Source: Azolla caroliniana (taxonomy: Eukaryota; Plantae; Polypodiophyta). From it: a stretch of DNA of 64,000 nt. The stretch covers positions 21,328,001 to 21,392,000 of the forward strand of contig JBHGNT010000006.1 in the NCBI GenBank assembly GCA_043228905.1. Direction: 5' to 3'. Within the stretch, counting starts at the first letter, position 1, and each line of letters opens with the position of its first letter. The notes under the pieces were generated by a model. It was not told the origin of the DNA and ran no database searches. It saw only the letters and a list, made by a program, of their open reading frames with translations. Shown here piece after piece: positions 1-13,017 of the stretch. The position numbers and the translations under genes were made by a program.

Positions 1-1708
1 GTACGGGCATGCAACGGTCGAGTCGGGAATTGGCCACGACTATTACCCTATGCCTTGTGGGCCGATAGAACGACACATAGCTCGGTGATAGGGTATATGC
101 CGACGGAGCTTATGTATGCCCATCGAAAGGACGATCGCCTCATGGGTAGCGATACCGTGGGAGAACGAGATGAGCCGAGAAGAGTTATTAGCGGCGCAGA
201 TAAGGCAACTTGAAAGAAGACCTGAAGATTTAGAAAAAGCGCGAAAGATGATGGAGGCAGCCCGAGTAAAGAGCAAAGTTCGGTTCGACAACACGCATCG
301 ACTTCGTCCCAAGAAGATTGAAGAAGGGGATTGGGTTTTGGTTTACGACAGCACTCTTGACAATCAACACAGTACAACAAGGAAGTTTGCAAGAAGATGG
401 TTCGGGCCGTATGTGGTGACAAGTGCCAACGATAATGCCACATACCACCTTGCAGAACTAGACGGATCAAGGTTGGCCGTATGTGGTGACAAGAGTAAAG
501 ATTTTCAAGAAAAGACAAGACAAGGATCCTGACCTCAATTACCTCGACGATGAACATAATAGAGCGGATGTAAATGAAGACATGGAGGAATCTAATTGAT
601 CATTGTAGCTGAAATCTCACTTTCTCTCTTCTTGGCACGTACCGGAGGACGTGCGGTTTGGTGGGGGTGGATGTCGTGAAGATTTTCGGCAATAGTGTGA
701 AAATCCCATAAAACGTACAAAATCGAGTATGAATCACATAATACAATAATTGTTAACATAACATTTTAAATAAATTTAATATCTAAGTACAAAATGATGG
801 AGGTTTCGAATGCACTTTATTACACGAGAAACAGACAACTAAATGTCAAGATATGAGGGTATAAAGTTTGTGAAAGGAAAAGAGAAAATTGTGCGATATC
901 CCACATAGACACGACAAATACGGCTCTCATCATATATAAGGTAGAGCAAAAGATATTATCTTTGTGTCTATGTGTGGAGCATAGAGACTTCAAGGTAACT
1001 TGAACTAAGAGTGGAGGTGGGCTAGCTACTCGTAAAAGGTTTTGGCCAACCAAAACCGGACCGGCGATGGCGCCGGTGAGACGACGGCATCCAACAAGGC
1101 ATCGGTAACCAACGACATCCGACGAACCGGTGTCCGGCGACTATATAAATATATATACATATATACACATACAAGGAGGGCAAGTAAGGATTCAAAACCT
1201 TGCACCTCCGAGTTAGGAGTCAATTGGCTTACCATTAAGCCATGCCATTTAGTTGAATTTATATTTCTATCATTGTACTTTTACATGTAAATTCTCATAC
1301 ATGAGAGCTAAAATGAGTGACATGGTTATCATGCACCACATGTAATACATAAGCACCAAATGGCAAACATGCAATTTATGCATGTCTTGTACCCTCACAT
1401 GCATCATATGCATGAGAGCATCTATAAAAGAAGGAAGGGGGAGGAGAAAAAACACGTTTCTTTTTATGAAATTAAGAAGAAGAAATTCGTTATCAAATTG
1501 ATTGTGTAACTTGTTTCTTAAATCTAAAGTTAAAAGTTCAATCAATCTCTCTCAATCGTGTAATCTCAACTTCTCTCTTTCCCAATCTATCTTAAGTACT
1601 TTCTCGCTAAAGCTTGCGCCAAAGCTTGTACCGACTTTGAAACCTTCCGGTCCAGAACCCCGGCGGTTTCGCCTCACAATCCGTGCGTAGTGATGGACCT
1701 TCACGACA
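1..1708 (+). mobile_element. 3' end of a Ty3/gypsy (non-chromovirus) LTR retrotransposon: integrase C-terminus, PPT and 3' LTR
   Basis: ORF 116-532 has gypsy INT C-terminal motifs (GDWVLVYD, RWFGPYVV). PPT-like GGTTTGGTGGGGGTGGA at about 655-671, then the LTR. Confidence 0.9.
672..1708 (+). repeat. LTR (1037 bp) of the TGTC...GACA gypsy family
   Basis: Starts TGTCGTGAAG right after the PPT and ends CTTCACGACA, a perfect 10-bp terminal inverted repeat. Confidence 0.88.
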
Positions 1709-3882
1709 ACGGTTCGACGTACGCACGGGTGAAGAGCCAGGACGGGCGTCACTCTGTCCATTTCTTGACAGTTCGTTCTAACCATTAACGTAACCTCGAA
1801 TCTCTTGCCAGTGATGGCCGGGAGGATTTTGAAAGAGGGCTATCAAGGCATAGGGCCGTCGTAGTCCTCGCACCCTGGACAAACCCCACACATGTACCAT
1901 AGGTAGAAAGTTTTGGTTCTCCAAGAACGGAGGTTGTACTATAACCGGCATCAACAGCGGGGAAAAGAATCAGGTCAGAGATCATTTAAGGGCGTGTAGT
2001 GCTCTTAGCTAGCAGTGTCGTGTAGGGGGTCTCGTTCGATGACACCCTTGGAGAAATCAAAAGGGTAGCCAAAGAAGGCCTAAGCGGAGACCGGGTAATC
2101 CCGATCAGTTTCGTAGAAATGAATGAATTAATTGCAGACTTTCAGAGAGATGGTCAGGTCGTATAGGAAGTCTAAAGTCAACACCAAGTACAAGACTGTG
2201 GACCGGAAGGTGAGGCTGGTCGTGGCTCCCTTGTTGGGGGGCAGCGAGGAGCGGATGAAAGGGGCTGCGTCAAACCCGAGCTTGCGGAATCCCGTCAACA
2301 TAGATGAGACGCTACGAGAGCTGAAGATCGTGTTGAGAAATCATTTCGGAATAGATCACAATAAACAAACTACGCACTGAAATACAAATCACAGCAATAT
2401 GCCAAGAAAAGACAAGATGAACAATGGTGCACAGAGATTTACGTGGAAACCCTAAAACGGGGAAAACCACGGGTGAACAAAATCTTCACTGTACAAAGGG
2501 GATATACAACACCGAGAGGAATACAACATTCTGTCGAGTGTATCAGCCTCACAGGGCTCTTCGCGTCTGCTGTTACTCACACAGCAATGGCGCGGCTCAC
2601 ACACACACTCTCTCTCTCACTCGTCCTACAACTTCTGCTCTTGCACTCTGTACATTCATCACACAGTTAAAGTTTTCCCAAGTTGCATATATACTTACAC
2701 AATTTTCTGTCTATCTACATACGTAGCCCTCATGGGGCGCACACTTAGACTATTTACAGATATAGTCTCCCGAGTTGGCTATTTACACGATTCCGGTTTC
2801 GGCCTCGGCTCCTCGACTATCGTCTTTCTGGACGGTTGAACCTTCCTCCCACTGGAGGGACATATTTCCCAATAGATCGGTGGGGGTGGCTTCCTACTGC
2901 TAGCAGAAGAGGACCAGTTTCAGACGGTGCTCGAAAGGCACGAGAAAGCCTTTGCATTTTCATCGGAGGAGATTGGGTGAGTCAACTCTATGATCGTAGA
3001 ACCAATGGTTATCTTCACGGTACCACATGTGCCATGGAATCGCAAGCCGATCCCGGTGTCGAGAGCTCACATCTTGAAGCTAATGGAGCTGTCCCTCATC
3101 AACTCGGCTCCTCGACTGTCGGTTTTTCGGACAGTCGGATCTTCCTCCCACTGGAGGGACATATTACCGGACAAATTCCCCCTTCACCCCTGTGGGAGGA
3201 GAACTGTGCATCCTCTATTTTGTCGACAAACTCTGATTCTGTCCATAGGTAGGTTCTTCGTCAATATGTCAGATCCATTGTCGTCAGTATAGATCTTCAC
3301 AAGGGAAAACTCTCCTTCTTCGACTCTCTCTCGCAACCAGTGATACCTTCTCTGTATGTGCTTGGTCCAGGAGTGGTATGCCACATTCTTGGCTAGGTGT
3401 ATGGAGCTTTGACTATCCCAATGAAGCAAGAACTCCTTTTGCTTCATGCCTAGTTCGGTGAGAAAATTTCTCATCCAAATCAGCTCTTTTCCGGCTTCTA
3501 CCGCTGCCATATACTCTGCTTCTGTAGTCGACAAGGCTACCGACTTCTACAGTCGTGACTGCCACGACATTGCTCCCCCTTCATAGGTCATCATGTACCC
3601 TGATGTGGATCAGCTTGAGTCGTTATCTCTAGACATGTCCAAATCGGTAAAACCTTCCAGCAAAGGTTTTCCGACACCATTGCTTAGGCACACCTCCGAG
3701 GTGCCTTTCAAGTACCTGAGTATCCACTTCACCGCTGCCCAGTGATCTCTCCCTAGATTACTCATATATCGGCTTACTTCTCCCACATCAAATGCTATGT
3801 CCGATCTCGTACAGACCATGGCATACATTAGACTATCGATGGCCGAGGCATATGGTACCTTCTTCATCTCAGCCTTTTCCTT

Positions 3883-4848
3883 CTACCCTTTCAGACACTG
3901 CTTCGCATTTAATCTGTAGTTTGTCGGTAACACGGAGCCAACCGGCTTTGCATCTGATATGTTGAACCTCTCTAGGATCTTCGTCACATACTGCTGTTGT
4001 GACAACCATAGCACCTTCCGAGCTCTGTCTCGGGTTATGTGCATTCCTTGGATTTGCTTTGCCGGTCCAAGGTCTTTCATGGCAAATGATTTGCCGGGAG
4101 CTTTCTTCAAGCTTCTAATCTTCCTTGCATCTTGGCCGACTATCAACATATCATCAACATATAGCAAGAGAATCAAGAAATCTCCTTCCTCGTACCTTTT
4201 TACGAACACACAGTGGTCTTTCATGGCAAATGATTTGCCGGGAGCTTTCTTCAAGCTTCTAATCTTCCTTGCATCTTGGCCGACTATCAACATATCATCA
4301 ACATATAGCAAGAGAATCAAGAAATCTCCTTCCTCGTACCTTTTTACGAACACACAGTGATCAACCTGTGTTTTCTGGAACCGATGTTCCAACATGAAGG
4401 ACTCGAATTTCTTGTACCATTGGCGTGGAGCTTGTTTCAGTCCGTACAACCTTTTCCTCAGTCGACACACTAGATTCTCTTTCCCTTTCTCCTCAAAGCC
4501 TTCGGGTTGATGCATGTAGATCTCTTCATCTAAATCCCCGTGCAGAAATGCGGTTTTGACATCCAACTGTTCAATCTCCAAATCCATGTTGGCCGCTATG
4601 CTCAGAATAGTTCGTATGGATGTCATCTTCACGAGCGGTGCGAATATTTCGTCAAAGTCGACGCCCTTCTTCTGTTGGAAACCCTTGATCACTGTGCGGG
4701 CTTTATACCGGGGCTCATTGTCAACTTCTCCAGTCTTCACCTTGTAGACCCACTTATTCCTGAGTGCTCTCTTACCTTTTGGCAGCTTTACTAGGTCGTA
4801 GGTGTAATTCGTGTGCAAGGATTCCATCTCCTCTTGCATCGCGTTCAA
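3883..4848 (-). pseudogene. Copia reverse transcriptase with an internal 48-aa duplication
   Basis: QLDVKTAFLHG and LYGLKQAPRQW motifs; YVDD present twice. Confidence 0.9.
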
Positions 4849-5913
4849 CTATTTTCCTCTGCTCTCGTCGGCAATGGCTTCTTCATAGCACTCCGGTTCA
4901 CTGTCATCAGTGAAGAGGATGTATTGACTAGCATATGTAATCGGTGCCTTCCTTTCTCAGATTGGTTACCTTCGTCCACTCGTTGTTGGCTCTTTTCCGA
5001 ATGTCTCTGCCAACTCTTCTCTTTGCTTGGAATTCTGCTCATCAATCGGCATCTCCAGGTTGGACAACTCCAACTCATATTCCTCAATTGATTTTATCAG
5101 GTCTGCCGAGTTTGACTCATAGTCTATCGGTCTTTTCGAGTTGACCGACTCAGATTCGTCTCTATCGGCCATCTATCTCCTTACAGTTGTCGGTGACGAC
5201 ACATTTGGCCTTAAGTCGATAGTAGTCGAGGTTGACTGGGGAGTCGATTCCGACTTCTGTTGCTTCCAGTCTTCAACTGTCTTATCTTCTAGAAAGACGA
5301 CGTCCTGACTTCTCACTACGTTCTTATCGACTAAATCCCACAACCTGTAGCCAAACTCATCTTCCGAGTATCCCATGAATATGCATGCTTTCCACTTGTT
5401 GTCGAGCTTTGACCTTTGATCTTTTGGCACATGCATATACGCCAAACATCTAAACACCCTCAGGTGTTGGTAGGAGACATCCATATATGCCTCAACCCAA
5501 TAGGATTTCAGCAGTTTCGCATGAAAGAGCATGCTCCATATTCTCTCCATGATCATTCGATTCATCCTCTCTGCAAGCCCGTTCAACTCTGGCACTGTGT
5601 ATTTGATCCGAATACCTTGGCACTTGCAGTATTCCTCGAACTGCCCTTTGTACTCACCACCATTGTTGGTTCAAACAACCTTCAATTTCCGACCCGACTC
5701 TCTTTCGGTTCTTGCCTGGAACTCCTTGAAAACCAACAGTACTTGATCCTTCGACTTTAGTATGAAGGCCCATGTCTTTTGACTATAGTCGTCAATGAAC
5801 GTTACAAAGTACTGTCCTCCTCGATGCGATGGAGCATCCACATAGCACACATCAGTGTGCACTAGTTCCAGTGCAACTTCTCTTCTCCTCGGTGGTCTTG
5901 TGTGGAATGCCGT

Positions 5914-6369
5914 TGTTACGGGCATGACCATATAATATCACATGGTGAGAATTTACCATAGTATTCTATACACGTGGATAAGTTGGAGGGTTAAACGAGA
6001 GTGTAAAGAAGGGGAGGATTACTTTTAAATCCTCGGGATTGAGAAAACCCATTAGGCCAAGTGTGAACATGGTTGGGGGCCTTGGGTATCTCTATAAATA
6101 GAGGCCTAGCTACCCTCATTTGATTATCTGGTTGACTACGTCAAGACTCTGTCTTGTGGTGGGTCAACTCTTGTAGCGAGCGCGCCAGCACTAGGTACGA
6201 CTCGATGCCACGGCAGTCGTATGGGACGCCGATCGAGGCTCGAGTCCGTCTCGATCCCTTCGCTCGAGGGTGGTCGGGTGGATCGGCACCCTTCTTTCTC
6301 TCTCTCCTTTCTTTCTATCTAGCTAGATCTATCCTTATCTAATGCTTACTTTAGTACATGTCTCTAATA
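5914..6369 (+). mobile_element. Solo LTR of the chromovirus-type gypsy family, inserted in the copia integrase region
   Basis: TGTTACGGGCATGACC start matches the LTR at 39747. TSD GCCGT at 5909-5913 and 6370-6374; the copia frame (CLAGKQNRT/AFHTRPP) rejoins across it. Confidence 0.9.
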
Positions 6370-8396
6370 GCCGTCCTGTTCTGCTTTCCGGCTAAGCAGT
6401 CGACACACTTCTCCAGGTGCACTCCCTTGACTTCTAGTAGAAGTTTTTGGTCTGCTAATAGGTGCATTCCCTTCTCACTCATGTGGCCTAGCCTCTTATA
6501 CCATATCTCCCCTGCCGAGTCGGCTGCCACGTTTACTTCTGATTTGCACAGTCAGGCATGCATCATGTACAATGTGCCTTCTTTCTATGCTCGGGCCACT
6601 ATGAGATTTCCTCGACAGAACTTCCACTTGCCATTCTGAAAACTACCACTGTAACCTTCGTCAAGCCTTCCAATCAATATCAGATTCAATCTAGGTTTTC
6701 CACAATAAAAGCACACAGGCTTACCTCTGGACTTCGATCTAGCGTGGGATTTGTCCGTTCGTTGTGTACTTCTTCTTCGCCAGTCCCTCCCTCTGTTCAT
6801 ATGTTCAGATTCGACTCCGTTTGAGATAGGACTCCTTTGTCTTTTCTCCTTTCCTACTTGTTTAGGATGCTTGTCTTCACCGTCTATAAAGACAAGTTCT
6901 ATTCTTGACAGGAGGTGTTGAGACTAACCACCAGGTTCTCCCAGCTTTTTGGCAGTGTGCACATCAGTAGGATGCCCTGCATTGCGTCATCCAAGGGGAA
7001 CTTGGTCGCCACAAGTTGATTTACATACCCCATAAATGTGTTGATGTGTTCGACGATGCTCTCACCGTCCCTGTATTTCAGCCGTACGATTTTTCTCATC
7101 AACGAGGTTCTATTGAGCGCGTTATTCCTCGCATAAAGACCCGACAGCTTCTGCCACATCTCATAAGCATTTGCGTCGTTCGCCACATGTTGAAGGACAG
7201 TTACATCGACGCATTGTCGGATAGTGGCCACAGCCTTTCTATTTAGGAGCTTCTAGTCCGACTCCAATACCCCCCTGGGTATTTCTGCTTTATCGACTAG
7301 CTCGTACAGGTCTTTTACTATGAGAAGGTCTTCCATCTTGATCTTCCAGTCTGCATAGTTTTGAGAGTTTAGAACTATCATACCTGGGAATCCGCTCACA
7401 CCTCCTTCCATGCTTGCACCTCAAGCTCTAATACCAGTTCATTGAGAAATCGTTGTAGAATAGATCACAATAAATGAACTACGCACTGAAATACGAATCA
7501 CAGCAATATGCCAAGAGAAGACAAGATGAACAATGGTGCAAAGAGATTTACGTGGAAACCCTAAAACGGGGAAAACCACGGGTGAACAGAGTCTTCACTA
7601 TACAAAGTGGATATACAACACTGAGAGGAATACAACACTCTGTTGAGTGTATCAGCCTCACAACACTCTTCATGTCTGCTATTACTCACACAGCTATGGC
7701 GCGACTCACACACATTCTCTCTCTCTCACTCATCCTACAACTTCTGCTCTTGCACTCTATACATTCGTCACACAGTTAAAGTTTGCCCTAGTTGCGTATA
7801 TACTTACACAACTTTCTGTCTATTTACATACGTAGCCCTCATGGGGCGCACACTTAGACTATTTACAGATATAGTCTCCCGAGTTGGCTATTTACACGAT
7901 TCCGGTTTCGACCTCGGCTCCTCGATTGTCGGATTTCCGGACAGTTGGATCTTCCTCCCACTAGAGGGACATATTTCCCAACAGATCGGTGGGGTTGGCT
8001 TCCTACTGCCAACAGAAGAGGACCGATTTCGGAGGATGCTCGAAAGGCACGGGAAAGCCTTTGCATTTTCATCGGAGGAGATCGGGTGCATCGACCCAAT
8101 GATCGTAGAGCCAATGGTTATCTTCACGGTACCACATGTGCCGTGGAATCTCAAGATGATCCCGGGGTCGAGAGCTCACATCCCGAAGCTGATGGAGGTG
8201 TTGAAGCAACAGGTGGAGATGGGCATCCTCGAGCCATCGAGTGCCCCATATTCAAACCGGTGGTTTACGATGACGAAGAAGAACGAGACCTTGCACTCCG
8301 TTCAGGACCTACATCCGGTCAATAAAGTGCCCATTAGGAGTGCATGGATCGAGCCGACTATTGATGAGTTCACAGAGGCCTTCGCCGGAAGGTTGA

Positions 8397-9450
8397 TGTA
8401 AAAACAAATAGTGTGTGGAAGCAATAGAAAACAGTAAACAGAGAACAAGTTTAATGGAGAGCTTAATAGTACACGGGAGAGACAGAGAGAGCAGCACAAG
8501 AATCTCTATTCAAAAATTATATCAACACTCTGTACATCGTATGTGTTCAGCAAACACTTTTATCCAGGTCCATACAGACTGACAGAAGTATGGTGTACTT
8601 CAATGCTCACTCGAGCGTCTAACACTAACTACGAGAGTAATAACTCCCTAGTAGTCTAGCTGCTACTAGGCTTCCGGTTACTGATGGATCTGGCTAACCG
8701 GCTCCCCAGCTCACCGGCTCTTTGCTCACCGAGTGCTCACCGACTCACTAATCCATCTCGCTCACCGGGTCAGGCGTATTCCGCCGATCCAGCTCCAATT
8801 GAGCTTGGCGTTCAACACTCCCCCTCAAGCTCAACTTGAGGTCCGGTCGTAGTGTCAACGTCTGTGGCAACCACTCCTTCTGCCCGGCTCCTTCTGGCGT
8901 CACTCCGCCTTGGTCGCGCTCCTCGTCCGATCCGGTTCTATTTTCCGCGATCCCTCTTGTTCTATGCACTTCGACCTCCTCAGTCAGCTTGTCTGCTCAA
9001 CATGCCCAATTTAGCTCCCTCGCTGCTGTGACTTCGGCACGTGCCGGTTCGCCGATTCCTTTGCGTTGGTGTCGACTTTCGCTGCCTTCTCGTCCTCTTG
9101 GCCTTGAATTGATCCGGTTCTTCTGAATCTATCTGTTGAACCGAATCGACTGTCTCCGATTCGTTCGAGCTCTTGTCCAAATCGGTCGCTCCCGATTCGT
9201 CTTCTGGTTCTAGGCCCTTCACCACATTGGACCATGTCCAGGTCTTGGCCTTCTTCTTCCGGTCGGCTCTGTTCTTGACTCTGCCACCACTGCCGCTTGT
9301 TTCAACTTGTTCGGATGTGTCGACTTCCTTTGTCGACTCGGATCCTTTCTTCTTCTTGACTCTCCCTTCATCGGTTCTTCCCTCACCGGCACAATCGGCA
9401 GTCTCTTTGCCTTTGCCCATTCCGATGTCTTTGCCTTTGCCCGTTCCAAA
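8397..9450 (-). mobile_element. Truncated copia 3' end: LTR 8397-8817, PPT and charged 3' extension
   Basis: TGTA...TCAACA, followed by CTCCCCCTCAAG (PPT on -). Shares blocks with LTR 11748-12117. Confidence 0.8.
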
Positions 9451-9791
9451 TTAGGATTCCGCATTACACACATGTCGCGGAGCCGCTATCCAGACTGCTT
9501 AAGAAGGTACGTAAGTTTCAATGGAAAGATGAGCAGGTGGAATCGGTACGGAGGCTGAAGAAAGCACTAGCTGTAGCACCGGCTCTCCGGAAGGCCGTTT
9601 ACGGGAAGGGTACCCCGGTTTACGTGGCGGTGGACACGAGGCCGACCGGAATCGGATGGGTGGTCAATTAGGAAGACGCGGATGGCTCGAGGCTCCCCAT
9701 CCGATTCGGAGCGAAAGTATTGAGTGAGTGATAGTGAGGATATGCCCAAGTTAAGCACGAACTCTGGGGTATCGTTTCGGCGGTCAAAGCC

Positions 9792-11400
9792 GATAAGGAT
9801 TATTTGATTGGGACAGAGGTAGTAATCGAGATGGAATGCCTACCAATCCTCGGTATGGTTTCTGGATGCGTGACTTCGGACCTGGCTATGCTCAGGTGGA
9901 TCGCGTACATTAAGTTCCTGAATCCGGAGACACGACACATCTCCGGGAAAGATAACACCACGGCCGATATACTCTCAAGAGTGTGTTTTGACGACGAAGG
10001 TGGCATGGTATCGGAAAATGAAGAAGTTGGCATAGACTTCTTCGAGTCGGCTCAAGTGACGGCAAAGGGGAGGAGCACTCTAGCACCAAACGAGTTTAAC
10101 AAGAGCAAGTACGATGGGGAGTGGCTCCGGATCCGTAGATTCTTGAGGATGTTTACACCAGACGTGGCGTGGACGAAGGACGAAGCGAACCGGATCCGAA
10201 AGAAGGTGTATCGTTTCTTCTTCCGGAGTGGGAGTATATGGAAGCACCCGAAGAAGCATAACAAGATTCCGCTCCGCATAGTGATAAAAAGGGAAGAGCA
10301 GATGGCGTTGCTGTCGGAGTACCATGGGAGCCCTTGGCCCAGACACTATGGGATGTGGGCCACATTCGAGAAGCTGAAAGAGAAGTATTGGTGGCTAGGA
10401 ATGTACCGTGACATGCACCATTTCGTGATGACCTGCAAGAGTTGTCAGATCCACTTGACAATCTGGCATAGGGACGAGTTGCACCCGACCTACCCGCCGA
10501 CCGTACATTTCAAATGGATGGTGGATTTAGTAACAATGCCGATGGGGGTGGGGCAGATGCGCTACCTGGTGCTAGTAGAAGAAGACCTGACGAACCAGGT
10601 GGAGGGAGATAAGGATTATTTGATCGGGATAGATGTAGTAATTGAGACGAAATGCTTACCAATCCTCAGTATGGTTTTCGGATGCACGACTCCGGACCTG
10701 GCTATGCTCAGATGGATCGCGTACATTAAGTCCCTGAATCTGGATATAACACCACGATCGATATGCTCCTGAGAGTGTGGTTTGACGACGAAGGCGGCAT
10801 GGTATCGGAAGATGAAGAAGTTAGAGTAGACTTCTTCGAGCCGGCTCAAGTGATGGTAGAGGGGAGGAGCACTCCGGCACTAAATGAGTTTAACAAGAGA
10901 GAGTACGATGGGGAGTGGCTCTGGATCCGTAGATTCTTGAGGATGTTGACACCAAACACGGCATGGACGAAGGATGGAGCAAACCGGATCTGGAAGAAGG
11001 CATATCGTTTCTTCTTGCGGAGTGGGAGTATATGGAAGCACCCAAAGAAGCGTAATGACATTCCCCTTCGTGTAATGATAAGAAGGGAAAAGCAAATGGC
11101 GTTGCTATCAGAGTACCACGGGAGCCCTTGGCCCAAACACTATCGGACGTGTGCCACATTCAAGAAGCTGAAAGAGCAGTATTGGTGGCCGGGAATGTAC
11201 CGTGACGTGCACCATTTCGTGACGACCTGCGAGAGATGGCAGATCCACTCGGCAATCTGGCATAGGGACGAATTGCACCCGACCTACCCGCCGACCGTAC
11301 ATTTCAAATGGATGATGGATTTAGTAACGATGGCGATGGGGGTGGGGCAGATGCGCTACCTAGTGCTAGCACGAGAAGACTTGACGTACCAGGTGGAGGG
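9792..11400 (+). repeat. ~815-bp tandem duplication of the gypsy RNaseH-integrase segment
   Basis: GATAAGGATTATTTGAT at 9792 and 10608; ORFs 9804-10772 and 10763-11404 encode near-identical peptides. Confidence 0.9.
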
Positions 11401-13017
11401 CTAGGCACTACAGAACAAGACCTCCGCATCCGTATGTCGGTTCTTGGTCAAAGAGGTGATTTGCCGATACAGATGCATAGGGAAGATTGTGGCATATTGA
11501 GGAGAGCTAGATGCGTGAGAAGCTAAAGAGTTGTTTAGCCGGTTAGGGGTTAAGCTCTCTCTTACCAGACGTACAATCCGGAGGCGAACTGGAAGGTGGA
11601 GCGCGGACACGGGCCAATTGTGAAGGCACTAGTACGAGCATGCAAGGGGCGAGTCGGAAATTGGTCGTGGCTCCTACCATACCCGTTGTGCGCGGACCGA
11701 ACTATGCCCAGTTCAATGATTGGATTCATGTCTGAAGAACTTTTAAATGTAACGTGCAGAAGGTATACAAAACACAGAATACTGACAAAGAAAAACAGGT
11801 TTAATGGAGAGCTTAAGACACAATGTACGCGGGAGAGACAAAGAGGGAATGAACACACATAAGAAACTAAATTCAAAATAATGTGTAAAACTCTGTACAA
11901 AGGATGTGCTTAGGGAGCCATTTTATACAAGTCTATACAGACTGACAGAAGTATTGACATACTTCAATGCTCATAATTGAGCTCCTACACTAACTCCCAA
12001 ATATATTCCCTTGTGGAATATCTATTCAACGGCCTCCCAGTTTCCCCACCGATCTGGCCTCGGTTTACACATCGGTTTATGCACTGATCCGGCCAATGTT
12101 GAACTTGTATCTCAACACTCCCCCTCAAGCTCAACTTGAGGCTCTTCCGATCCTATGCTCCAGTTTCTCTTAACTTTACACCTCGCTCGCACTCGTCGAC
12201 CCGTTCGACTCTACATGCCTCGACCCTTACAATCGGCTTGTCTGCTTGTACGGCCTTTTCTATCTCCCTTCTTGTCATGATGTTGACACCTCTTCTGTTG
12301 TCCTTTCTTCCGCTTGGCCTTCAGTTGATTCGACGTCTCCAAATCAAACATTTGAGCCGAATCGGCTACCTCCAATTCGTCTCCGCTTTTGTCCGAACTG
12401 GTTGTCTCCAATTCGTCCTCAATCTTGGCCTTCTCGCCCTTGTTGGCTTCATCTCCCCCATGCTTGGCTGGCTCTGGCTCTTTCCTTCGGCTGATGCGCT
12501 CTTGTCCACTTCCGAACTCTTTCGTAGATACGCCTTCGGCTACTTCAGCAGACACTAAACTGAATTCGTCATCTGATTTGGTTTCGTGGTCACTTCCGCT
12601 CCTTTCCTGCTCCTTTCCGTGGTCTTGCAGGACTTTTCTCCCCCTCAAGTTCGGCACGTCGAGGTGCTGGAACCCAAGCGCACCCGAGAATTGCCGCAAC
12701 TTGTCCAGACCAAGGGGCTTAGTGAAAATGTCGATGTTCTGCTGATCCGTCGAAACATACTGAAGTTCAACTTCACCAGAGAGGACACTCGAACAAAGTG
12801 GTAGTGCACCTCAATGTGCTTAGTGTAGGTGTGGAAGACGGGGTTCTTCGCAAGTTGGATGTTGCTGAGGTTGTCGTTGTACATCGTCGTCGGACCGGAT
12901 ACCTCCACCTGCAAATCCTTAAGTAGCCGCTTCAGCCATATGGCTTCACACGTTGCAAGAGCCGCTCCTCGACACTCGGCCTCTGTGCTCAATAGTGCAA
13001 TTGTCGATTGCTTCTTG

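Larger units (their letters stand above)
2331..7983 (-). mobile_element. Ty1/copia LTR retrotransposon (Tnt1/Tork-like, Met-tRNA PBS), decayed, inserted in the gypsy element
   Basis: LTR copies 2331-2873 and 7440-7983; TSD GATCG at 2326-2330 and 7984-7988; PBS TGGTATTAGAGC (-) at 7425-7436; PPT at about 3174-3186. gag 6899-7231, INT 5173-5931, RT 3883-4848, RNaseH 3184-3534. Confidence 0.92.
1709..11747 (+). mobile_element. Decayed gypsy pol (protease-RT-RNaseH-integrase) hosting several nested insertions; pieces at 1709-2330, 7984-8396 and 9451-11747
   Basis: GSTYARVKSQ (also in ORF 36525-36926), VIFTVPHVPWNLK, LRWIAYIK, HGSPW/LKEKYWW (INT zinc finger), VERGHGPIVKAL. Many stops and frameshifts. 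Confidence 0.88.

Noticed and set aside
7643-8401. 252-aa ORF as a chimeric gene
   Set aside because: Chance read-through from an antisense copia LTR into gypsy RT across the insertion junction.
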